From positions 32,001-96,000 of the forward strand of contig JAZDDZ010000047.1 in NCBI GenBank assembly GCA_043809245.1: a stretch of DNA of 64,000 bases, written 5' to 3'. The notes under the pieces were generated by a model that was not told the origin of the DNA, made no database searches, and saw nothing but the letters and a program-made list of their open reading frames with translations. This document shows positions 56,338 through 64,000 of this stretch, piece by piece; position 1 is the stretch's first letter; each line of letters begins with the position of its first letter. The DNA is from Candidatus Iainarchaeum sp. (GTDB taxonomy: Archaea > Iainarchaeota > Iainarchaeia > Iainarchaeales > JAZDDZ01). Position numbers and translations under genes: made by a program.

Positions 56338-56601
56338 AAAACCCTTTTTCTTCATGAACTCCTTCGCCATTTTATCCCTTTCTTCCCTTGTGAGAAGCTC
56401 CCCGTTCCAGCCGTTTTTCAGCGCATTGTCGCGGATTTCCCTCAGCATCTTCCTGACCTTTGAGCGCCTGAACTCCAAAACCTTGCTTCTAACGGCATCC
56501 CTGATGAACTCGTTCCTAGAATTGTGAAGCTTCTCGGATTTGACGATTTTGTCAACCTCCTTAATCAAGGCAGGCTCCATGTTCATTACATACTGCTGCA
56601 T
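56326..56601 (-). CDS. RHH antitoxin (paralog of 49903), convergent
   Basis: SRNEFIRDAVRSK, GWNG...ER.K.A..F...KGF. Confidence 0.8.
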   Translation of the reverse strand: MQQYVMNMEPALIKEVDKIVKSEKLHNSRNEFIRDAVRSKVLEFRRSKVRKMLREIRDNALKNGWNGELLTREERDKMAKEFMKKKGFSLD

Positions 56602-56655
56602 AAAAATCACGCTAATATTAGAGTTAATATTAGTGTTTTTATATGTTTCGGCGGA

Positions 56656-57012
56656 CTATTTTTTCTTTGCCCTTCCGTATTTGTCCTCGAACCTTTTGAT
56701 GTCGTTCTCTTCGAATTTTCCGAAGGAAATCTCCAAAACCATTGCCTCTTTGGAGGAATTGTTTTGAATTCTGTGCCTTGCCCCCTTTGGAATGAAAATG
56801 CTCTGCAGTTTTTTCAGCAGGGTTTTTTTGCTTCCAACCGTTACTGTAATCCCTTCGGTTAACGCAGCCCATTGCTCTGAGCGCTTTTTATGCGATTGAA
56901 GGGAGAGGATTTGCTTTGGCTTGACTGTTAAAATTTTTACGGTTGTTTTTTCATTCAAAGTGAAGCGCCTGAAATTCCCCCAGGGCCTTTTTTCAAAAAA
57001 AGTTTTACCCAA
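56656..57012 (-). CDS. Cupin, mannose-6-phosphate isomerase type II C-terminal-like
   Basis: RPWG, LSLQSH..RSE.W, HRI.N, EDDI.RFEDKYGR-like end. Confidence 0.85.
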   Translation of the reverse strand: MGKTFFEKRPWGNFRRFTLNEKTTVKILTVKPKQILSLQSHKKRSEQWAALTEGITVTVGSKKTLLKKLQSIFIPKGARHRIQNNSSKEAMVLEISFGKFEENDIKRFEDKYGRAKKK

Positions 57013-57016
57013 GCTA

Positions 57017-58924
57017 TCACTCTTTCAATAATTTCCCAATTTCTTGTTTTAAGGCTTTGCTTATCGCGTCACCGGATGCTTTTCCGCGCAGTTGCTTCAT
57101 TGCATCGCCCATTAAGGCGGATAATGCTCCCGAACCTTTGGCTTTCACCATTGAAGCGTTTTTTGCGGCAATTTCCGCAATAATTTTCTGAACTTCCCCT
57201 TCATCTGCGCCCTCAATTTTAAGTTCACCCAAAATTTCTTCAAGGAATTTCTGCGGTGCGCTGCCCCAGTGCTTTAAGACAGCGAGAAGCACTTCCCTTG
57301 TGATTTTCTTTTCCTTCAAGGCAAGAAGCGCTGCCTCAAGCATTTCATCGCTTAAAGCGTCAACGTTTGCCTTTTCGCGCTTGAGCTGCGTCAGGCCTTC
57401 AAGCAAAAGCACAGCAGTCGGAACAGCCTCAAATCCTTTTCCAACAAGGTGCTCAAAAAAGCGCGCAAAATTGCTTGTGGCCATTTCCTTTGCAAGCTTT
57501 TCGCTTAAGCCGAATTTTTCAATGTAAAGTTTAATTCGCTCTTTTTCGCTTGAAGGCAAATGCTTTTTTATTTCTTCAAGCATTCCAGCGCTTAATTTTA
57601 TTGGCGCCAAATCGGTTTCAGGGTACATTCTTGCGGCTCCGGGAAGTGGGCGCGAGTACTCCGTGTTTCCATCAGCCAAGGCGTTGCGTGTTTCTTCTGG
57701 AACTCCTTTCAGGCACTGCTGCGCCCTTTCAATTACCGCATTGAATACATGAACCGCTTTCTGCTGTTCAGCTACAACAATTACAAAGGCATCGTTTGCA
57801 TCAAAACCGCTTTTTTTCCTTAAAGCCTCTTCAACTGAAAAGACTTCTGTCTGCGTTATGCCATAATTCGGGAGTTCATCTGAGTGAAAGATTCCCTTCA
57901 AGCCGGCTTTTGCCTTCACGTGCGCTGCAAACTCCGAGCCAAGCCTTTTCCCGGGCTGCAGTTCTTTTCCGATAATTCCCTTAAAGCCAGCGAGCTTCAT
58001 TGCATAAGACGCTTTTCCTTTCGTGATTTTGCAATCGGATTTGTCAAGGATTTTTGAAACTTCAATGAAATCCATTTTCGCAATCTTTTCCTTTGAAGCC
58101 TGCCTTTTTTCCAGAGCCCATTTCACTTCCACTAACTTCAATTGCCTTTCCACTTCGCGCTGAACATACAAGTCAATCAAGTCCAGTTCCTGCACGCCCT
58201 TAATTTCAACGCGCGCTCCGCCGCGGATTGAAACATTCAAGTCCTGCCTAATTGTGCCCAGGCCGCGCTTCACTCTTCCAGTCAGGCGGAAAATTGTGCC
58301 GATTGCACGCGCAGCTTCCTTTGCTTCCTTTGGCGAGGAAATGCCAGGCGCGGTTGCAAGCTCTATCAACGGAATCCCCAAGCGGTCAAGCCTGTAAAAA
58401 ATTTCATTATCGGTTTTCTTTGTGGGCCTTGCAGCGTCCTCTTCCAATGCAATTGTCTGCACGCCCAATTCTTTTCCGCTTTCCAGCCTTATTTTTCCGC
58501 CTGTTGCAACAAGCGCGGTTCTCTGAAAACCCGAGGTATTGGAACCGTCAATCACTGCTTTTCTCATAACAAATATTTCATCCATTACATCCGCGCCAAG
58601 CATGAGCGAGATTTCAAGCACTGTTTTTAGCGCATCTTTGTCGGCTGGCTTTACTGGCTCTTCGTCCAGTTCAATCAGGCAATTGGTGTCCTTGTATGCC
58701 TCGTAAACAAATGTAATGCCTTTAGCCGCTGCTTCTAGAGCAGCCGCATCATATTCCCCTAACTCTGATGCAACCGCGCGCAGCTGCCTTTTAACCAAAA
58801 GATGCGGTTTGTCTTCGCGTAAAATGCTTGGGCACCTGCAGAACAGTTTGCCGGATTCAAGCTGTTGGTGCACTTCCAAGCCGCATTTCAAGCCCAATTG
58901 TTTGAAGTCAAGGTCCATCAGCAC
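57017..58924 (-). CDS. gatE: Glu-tRNA(Gln) amidotransferase subunit E
   Basis: GLE.HQQL...KLFC.CP, IDGSNTSGFQRT, RGLGTIRQD.N.SI, RPLPGAARMYPETD. Confidence 0.95.
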   Translation of the reverse strand: MLMDLDFKQLGLKCGLEVHQQLESGKLFCRCPSILREDKPHLLVKRQLRAVASELGEYDAAALEAAAKGITFVYEAYKDTNCLIELDEEPVKPADKDALKTVLEISLMLGADVMDEIFVMRKAVIDGSNTSGFQRTALVATGGKIRLESGKELGVQTIALEEDAARPTKKTDNEIFYRLDRLGIPLIELATAPGISSPKEAKEAARAIGTIFRLTGRVKRGLGTIRQDLNVSIRGGARVEIKGVQELDLIDLYVQREVERQLKLVEVKWALEKRQASKEKIAKMDFIEVSKILDKSDCKITKGKASYAMKLAGFKGIIGKELQPGKRLGSEFAAHVKAKAGLKGIFHSDELPNYGITQTEVFSVEEALRKKSGFDANDAFVIVVAEQQKAVHVFNAVIERAQQCLKGVPEETRNALADGNTEYSRPLPGAARMYPETDLAPIKLSAGMLEEIKKHLPSSEKERIKLYIEKFGLSEKLAKEMATSNFARFFEHLVGKGFEAVPTAVLLLEGLTQLKREKANVDALSDEMLEAALLALKEKKITREVLLAVLKHWGSAPQKFLEEILGELKIEGADEGEVQKIIAEIAAKNASMVKAKGSGALSALMGDAMKQLRGKASGDAISKALKQEIGKLLKE

Positions 58925-58974
58925 ACCAAAAGAAAGGTGAACAAAAAGGGTTTTAAATGGCTATTTGCAGCCTA

Positions 58975-59949
58975 TTAAAAGTATTTTATTTTGTGCACTT
59001 TGTGGAACAGGAAGTAATCGTAGTCCTTCACTTTTCCGGGGAATTTTGCGCTGAATTTTTTGACAAAGCGCTCCATTTCCTCGGGCCTTTCAGCCAGGAT
59101 TTCAATTTCCAAGTCTGCGAAGCTGATTGACTTGTCGATGTAGATTGTTGAAGGCTCCGCGAGGGCAAAGGAAACCATTTCAGCGTATTTGTCCAGGTCA
59201 TTTAACTGAAAATTTATCTTGTACATTGCGAGCCCCATTTTCTCCAGGTTCAGCCTTGCCCTGAATCCTTTAATAATTCCGTTTTTTTTCAGGTTTTTCA
59301 TCAGGAGCTTTATGCTTGAAACGGAAATGCCTGTTTTCTTTGCGAGTTCAACAGTAGGCAGCCTTGCGTTTTCGCTTAAGGCGGAGAGGAGCTTTTTTTC
59401 CGAATCAGAAATCGAAATCGAGCCAAATGTTTCCCCCACAACCTGCACCGGCCTATCAAGGATTTTTTCAGGCACAAGGAATGCCGCGGCACAGTCATGC
59501 ACTTTCGTGTAAGGGCAAACCACGCTTTTAAGCATAAATTTTTTGTATTTAGAGGTTATTTTTTCCCAGAATTGCTCAAACTCATATATGTTCTTCATGT
59601 AGGAGACAAAGCCGAAATTGAATTCCCCTGAAATGCTGCCAACCCACCAAGTGAATGGGCTTGAAGTAATTGCTTCAACGAATCCTTTTTCCTCCTCTAC
59701 CGTATCAAACCTTACCCTCAGGTAAATCCCGATTCCCTGGAAGCCAAGCAAAGGCTTGTCAATCACTGTATAAAAAGAAACAATGAATTCTTCCCTTAGA
59801 AGCCTGTTAATGCGGTAATTTACCACATTTTTATCCATTGCCATTTTTTTTGCAATCTGCGAGTTTGACTGCCTTGAATTGCAGTCAAGCTCGAAAAGAA
59901 TAAGCCTGTCCTTTTCATCCAAACCACCAAACTTTGCCTGTTTAGCCAT
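58975..59949 (-). CDS. Tandem (double) Lrp/AsnC regulator
   Basis: Two units: LDEKD..IL.EL..NSR and E..LL..L.ENAR....ELA. Confidence 0.85.
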   Translation of the reverse strand: MAKQAKFGGLDEKDRLILFELDCNSRQSNSQIAKKMAMDKNVVNYRINRLLREEFIVSFYTVIDKPLLGFQGIGIYLRVRFDTVEEEKGFVEAITSSPFTWWVGSISGEFNFGFVSYMKNIYEFEQFWEKITSKYKKFMLKSVVCPYTKVHDCAAAFLVPEKILDRPVQVVGETFGSISISDSEKKLLSALSENARLPTVELAKKTGISVSSIKLLMKNLKKNGIIKGFRARLNLEKMGLAMYKINFQLNDLDKYAEMVSFALAEPSTIYIDKSISFADLEIEILAERPEEMERFVKKFSAKFPGKVKDYDYFLFHKVHKIKYF

Positions 59950-60134
59950 ATTTAATCATATAGCTCAAAATAGCATAAAAATATATCTGTTTGAACAAAA
60001 AATAGTACTTAATTTTTATTAAGTTGAAATGATGCTATTTATTTGTGGTGTTATAAAAAAGAAAAAAAACAAGGCCAGTCTTCCGAAGCATTTGTTTAAC
60101 TGCTTCAGCAAGTTTTGAGGAAAGGCATAAAACT

Positions 60135-61004
60135 ATGCAGCAGAAAAAGTTAGCCTCAGCCATTAGGCGCGAGGCAAAAAAAGGGAAAGCAGTTGTGCTT
60201 TGCTCCGGCGGAGTTGACAGCACTGTTTGCGCAGTGCTTGCAAAAAATGCCTTGGGCAGCAAAGCGGTTTTTTATTTCATTGATTCAGGTTTCCAGCGGA
60301 AATTTGAAGCCCAAAAAGCTGAAAAAAATCTGGAAAAACTTGGAATCACGCTAAAAATTTTTAATGCAGGGCATTGCTTTTCACAGCTGAAAAAAAGCAG
60401 GGCAAATTCAGTTGAAAGAAGGGCGCTTTCCCTGGCTGGTTTTTCCCGCGCGGTTGAATTGATTTCAAAAAAAGAGAAATGCCGGGCATTTATTTTTGGG
60501 ACAACCCAAGATGATTTGGCTGCGTCGGGAAAACAGTCAGGCGCGAATAAAAGCGGGTTCACGATTATTGAGCCGCTTAAATGCCTGGAAAAAAAACAGG
60601 TGCGCGGGCTTGCGGAACAACTGGGCATTCCAAAAAAAATTATTCACGCACAGCACTTTCCTGGGCCTGGGCTTTCATTGAGGGTTTTAGGCAGGCTGGA
60701 TGGCAGAAACATCGCGTTGGCACAGGAACTTCACGCGTTTTTTGAAAAGAAAAAGAATTGGCTTGTCGGGAAAAAGGGGGATTCAATCTTTTTTCCTTTT
60801 GTTATCCCTGCAAATGAAAATGGGAAAAAGTGGGTTGGGATTAGGGCACTAAAACAAGTTAACGCAGAAACTGCAATACTGCCGGAATTAAGGTTAGAAA
60901 AACTATGGCTGCTTGCAGCAGGGATATTGGATGAATTTCCCTCGGTTGGAAGAGTGCTTCTGGATATATCCCCAAAACCACCGGCAAAAATGGAGATGCT
61001 TTGA
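60135..61004 (+). CDS. GMP-synthase-B-like PP-loop ATP pyrophosphatase, divergent
   Basis: SGGVDSTV, IEPL..L.K..VR.LA..LG.P, FPGPGL..R, RVL.DIS.KPPA..E. Confidence 0.75.
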   Translation: MQQKKLASAIRREAKKGKAVVLCSGGVDSTVCAVLAKNALGSKAVFYFIDSGFQRKFEAQKAEKNLEKLGITLKIFNAGHCFSQLKKSRANSVERRALSLAGFSRAVELISKKEKCRAFIFGTTQDDLAASGKQSGANKSGFTIIEPLKCLEKKQVRGLAEQLGIPKKIIHAQHFPGPGLSLRVLGRLDGRNIALAQELHAFFEKKKNWLVGKKGDSIFFPFVIPANENGKKWVGIRALKQVNAETAILPELRLEKLWLLAAGILDEFPSVGRVLLDISPKPPAKMEML

Positions 61005-61778
61005 ATGAAAAAAGAAAACAACATCGCTCTAATCTGGGACGTATTACTTCACTTCATGTATCCACAGGAATACGCGGAATCGCTGGCAGAATTCCTGAAG
61101 AAAAAAAAGGCGCACTCGATTCTTGACGCCTCATGCGGCACTGGCTTTCCGTCAATAGAGCTTGCAAAGAAGGGCTTTAATGTAATAGGCGCTGATGCGG
61201 ATGAAAAAATGCTTGAAAGGGCAAAGCAGAAAAGCGTGGAACAATGCGCGAAACTTGAATTCATGAAGGTTGACTGGACAAAACTATCAAAAACATTCAC
61301 GCAAAAATTCGACTGCGTCATGTGCAGGGGAAACTCGCTTCCTTATGCGGCATCGTGGGGAAAAGAGTCACTTGACATCCCAATTGCAAGGAAAAAAATT
61401 GAAAAGGCCGTTGAAAACTTTTATGCGGTTCTGAAAAAAGGCGGCATATGCTATATTGATGCGGCGCCAAAAGTTGATTTCCTCCCGAACCACAAAAAAG
61501 AAGTCATTTTTGACCCGCTTGTGATTGACGGCAAAAGCGTCAGGATGATCCAGCGAATTTACCACGACAACAAGAAGCACATCAGGCACTGGAAACCAAT
61601 TGTTGAAATTACCGCCAATGGCAAAACCAAAACCATGTGGAAAAAATACAAAGGCTATCACTTGGGGCACGATATCCTTGTCTCGCTGATGAAAAAAGCC
61701 GGTTTTTGCAAAGTGGACGAATACGTTGAAATAAAAGGCGAAAAGAATTATGACGTGTTCGTCGGCTACAAGAAATAA
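61005..61778 (+). CDS. Class I SAM methyltransferase (glycine/sarcosine N-methyltransferase-like)
   Basis: ILDASCGTG, FDCV.C.GNSL. Confidence 0.8.
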   Translation: MKKENNIALIWDVLLHFMYPQEYAESLAEFLKKKKAHSILDASCGTGFPSIELAKKGFNVIGADADEKMLERAKQKSVEQCAKLEFMKVDWTKLSKTFTQKFDCVMCRGNSLPYAASWGKESLDIPIARKKIEKAVENFYAVLKKGGICYIDAAPKVDFLPNHKKEVIFDPLVIDGKSVRMIQRIYHDNKKHIRHWKPIVEITANGKTKTMWKKYKGYHLGHDILVSLMKKAGFCKVDEYVEIKGEKNYDVFVGYKK

Positions 61779-62372
61779 TTAAGCGCTTTTTTTCGCAATC
61801 CAGATTCTCTGGAGTGCCGTGAAGTTTGAGAGCACTGCAAGGAAGGCAATAACGTAAACAAGGAATGAAAGGTCAATTGACGCGGCAATGATTCCAGCAA
61901 ACAATAAAATCATTCTCTCAGCCCTCTCCAAAAGACCGCCTTTCAGTTCCTTTTCCACTAATTCTTTTTCTTTTGCCGCAGCCTTAACGTAAGTTGTCAT
62001 CATTGCGCCGAAAAAGTAAAGGAAAAGCCATGCAACAGCCGGAATGAAGAAAAACGGAAGGGAAACGAATAAAAGAGCGAAAACAATTATTGCCTCAATG
62101 TACCTGTCCACAATTGTGTCCAGAAAAGCGCCGAACTTGCTCACTGTGCCTGTAACGCGAGCAACAGAGCCGTCAACAAAGTCAAGGAACGCGGCAACAA
62201 TCAATGAAACCGCGGCAAAAACAAACTGCTGCTGGAAAATGAACCAAAAAGCCGCAATAGCGGGAAGGATTGAGATAAGAGTCCAGGCGTTAGCGCTGAA
62301 GGGGATTTTGCTGAATGCAATGCCTATTTTTACCGACAACTTTTCAAACCTTTCACGGTTCCTGTAAAGCAA
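61779..62372 (-). CDS. CDP-alcohol phosphatidyltransferase (archaetidylinositol-phosphate synthase-like)
   Basis: D..DG..AR......FGAFLD...DR, G..ERAER; near ino1. Confidence 0.88.
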   Translation of the reverse strand: MLYRNRERFEKLSVKIGIAFSKIPFSANAWTLISILPAIAAFWFIFQQQFVFAAVSLIVAAFLDFVDGSVARVTGTVSKFGAFLDTIVDRYIEAIIVFALLFVSLPFFFIPAVAWLFLYFFGAMMTTYVKAAAKEKELVEKELKGGLLERAERMILLFAGIIAASIDLSFLVYVIAFLAVLSNFTALQRIWIAKKSA

Positions 62373-62405
62373 GCATTCACCTTTTATGAGATAATTTTGC
62401 AGTAA

Positions 62406-62418
62406 TTCCGCAGCGGAA
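62406..62418. repeat. Palindrome TTCCGC-A-GCGGAA followed by TACTCCCCC
   Basis: Extended match to 52542-52567. Confidence 0.75.
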
Positions 62419-62500
62419 ATGTACTCCCCCCAAAGCTAAATAAATGCTATTTTTCCAAATTAATAGGAAACAAAGTAGTTAAAATGCTTGGTGATTAAGA

Positions 62501-63580
62501 TTGGAAAATCCTATTTTGACTTATAACGAATTCATAATACATTTCCCATCAATTAAGCCGAAAAGCAAGAGGTTAGCCAACAAACTGTTGCCACTGTATC
62601 CTTCCACTGAACTTGCCCAGATAACTGGCGCCTTGTTGACCGACGGGCATGTCGACTGGTATGTTTCTGACGGCAGTCCGAGAACAAGGAAAATTATTTT
62701 ATACTCAAGCAATGAAGAGGAATGTGAGTGGTTTTCTGGTTTGGTCAAAAAAGTTTTTGCCGTTGAACCAAAAATTACAGCCTATTTGCCAAAATACGGG
62801 CAATTCAAGTTGCAGCCCTACAAAGCGGTCTTAAATAATTCAGTCGTTGCCCAAACAATGATTCTTTTAGGGGTTTGCGCGGGAGACAAAACAAAATGCG
62901 GGTATAAGGTTCCAGAATGGATTCTGAATGGAAACAAGAAGATTAAAGCTGCATTCCTGAAAACTGTTTTTACTTTCGACGGTTCAAAACCATACAAGAG
63001 AAAAAATACGTGGACTATCAGCTATAGCACAACCGTGACAAAAGAAGCCCTGCCTAACGGCTTTTTGCTTTTCAAACAGCTTAACCAACTTTTAAAAGAA
63101 TTCGGCGTAACTTTCAGTTCAATTCCAACAGCACACTTGAAAGAGAATGGGAAATTCATGCTAATATCATCCGCATCATCTAGAGAGTCAATTACTAATT
63201 TTTTACGGAATTTGGGCTATCTTAACGAAAACAAGCAAAGAAGGCTGGCTTACGCGGTTGCTGAAATTTTTAAGCTCGCAAGAATACGCTCTCCAAAAAA
63301 TAACCACTTGTTAAGCAAATTCAAAAAAATTTTTGGAACAGACAAAGAAACAGCTTTTTTTGTTAATAAGCTCCTTAAAACAAAGTATACAAAAAGGCAA
63401 TTTGAGCATTTCCGGAGAAACGAAACAATGGCGCCTTTGGAAATACTTGCCTTAGCGCTGAAAAAAACCAAAACAAAAAATTATTTGCCTGACTGGGCAA
63501 AATTTTTGCACAGCCATTATCTTTCTCTAGTTCCGTTGATGAATTCTTCAACCATTTCTTTGGCTGCAGATGGAGAGTAG
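62501..63580 (+). CDS. Free-standing LAGLIDADG endonuclease-like protein with C-terminal HTH-like segment
   Basis: [12 protein letters not shown] and [10 protein letters not shown]; VP.WI linker. Confidence 0.8.
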   Translation: MENPILTYNEFIIHFPSIKPKSKRLANKLLPLYPSTELAQITGALLTDGHVDWYVSDGSPRTRKIILYSSNEEECEWFSGLVKKVFAVEPKITAYLPKYGQFKLQPYKAVLNNSVVAQTMILLGVCAGDKTKCGYKVPEWILNGNKKIKAAFLKTVFTFDGSKPYKRKNTWTISYSTTVTKEALPNGFLLFKQLNQLLKEFGVTFSSIPTAHLKENGKFMLISSASSRESITNFLRNLGYLNENKQRRLAYAVAEIFKLARIRSPKNNHLLSKFKKIFGTDKETAFFVNKLLKTKYTKRQFEHFRRNETMAPLEILALALKKTKTKNYLPDWAKFLHSHYLSLVPLMNSSTISLAADGE

Positions 63581-64000
63581 TGCACTGGCGGATGTTTCAT
63601 TAAATACGCGCTAGGTGATATTAGGGCTCCGCCAATTTTCCTATCCAATGCAAGTTTTATTGCTCTTATTGCGTCAATTACCACGCCCGCCGAGTTAGGG
63701 CTGTCTTCGACACTTAACCGAAGTTCAAGTTCCACGGGCACATTGCCGAATTTTCTGCCTTCAATCCTAATGAAACAGATTTTATTGTCATTCTGCCAGG
63801 GAACATAGTCGCTTGGGCCAATGTGAATGTTGTCTGGCTCAAGCCTCACGCCAAGCATTGCCTGCACTGCTTCCGTCTTGCTTATCTTTTTGCTTTTAAG
63901 CCTTGCCCTTTCAAGCATGTTAAGAAAATCCGTGTTCCCGCCGGTGTTAAGCTGATAAGTACGGTCAATTTTGATGCCCCTGTCCCAAAATAATTTTGTC
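63517..64000 (-). CDS. ino1: Myo-inositol-1-phosphate synthase (partial, 3' part)
   Basis: [50 protein letters not shown]. Confidence 0.93.
   Translation of the reverse strand, partial: TKLFWDRGIKIDRTYQLNTGGNTDFLNMLERARLKSKKISKTEAVQAMLGVRLEPDNIHIGPSDYVPWQNDNKICFIRIEGRKFGNVPVELELRLSVEDSPNSAGVVIDAIRAIKLALDRKIGGALISPSAYLMKHPPVHYSPSAAKEMVEEFINGTRER

Noticed and set aside
22575-63580. LAGLIDADG ORFs as inteins or intron-encoded ORFs
   Set aside because: No host exteins, no Cys/Ser start or His-Asn end, and they lie outside the short tRNA introns

Overview
Archaeal chromosomal segment (fibrillarin/Nop5, NMD3, GatE, pantoate kinase/phosphopantothenate synthetase, BHB-intron tRNAs). Gene style and the bacterial-type anabolic genes suggest a DPANN lineage such as Ca. 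Diapherotrites/Iainarchaeota; this is inference only. Housekeeping blocks (glyS, aspS-gatC-gatA-gatB, gatE, dapB/dapL/dapF/lysA, ino1-pgsA-like) are interleaved with about 11 toxin-antitoxin-like modules. The most unusual signal is five free-standing (non-intein, non-intron) HTH plus two-motif LAGLIDADG endonuclease genes. Four abut or overlap tRNA genes. Two run directly into the 5' end of tRNAs carrying non-canonical BHB introns (Arg-CCT 29/30, Gln-CTG D-loop), and two sit between an intact tRNA and a diverged orphan tRNA 3' fragment. A palindrome (TT[C/G]CGC-A-GCGG[A/C]A) recurs upstream of several of these genes. Other unexplained structure: four 43-44 bp sites in alternating orientation that separate defence modules at 0.9-3.6 kb; diverged duplications of gene 3' ends flanking cargo genes; an AT-rich KaiC/cis-prenyltransferase/V4R/UbiA/reductase cluster next to four tandem paralogous wHTH genes; and two tail-to-tail VapBC-like pairs. 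All calls come from reading motifs by eye; no database searches were run.
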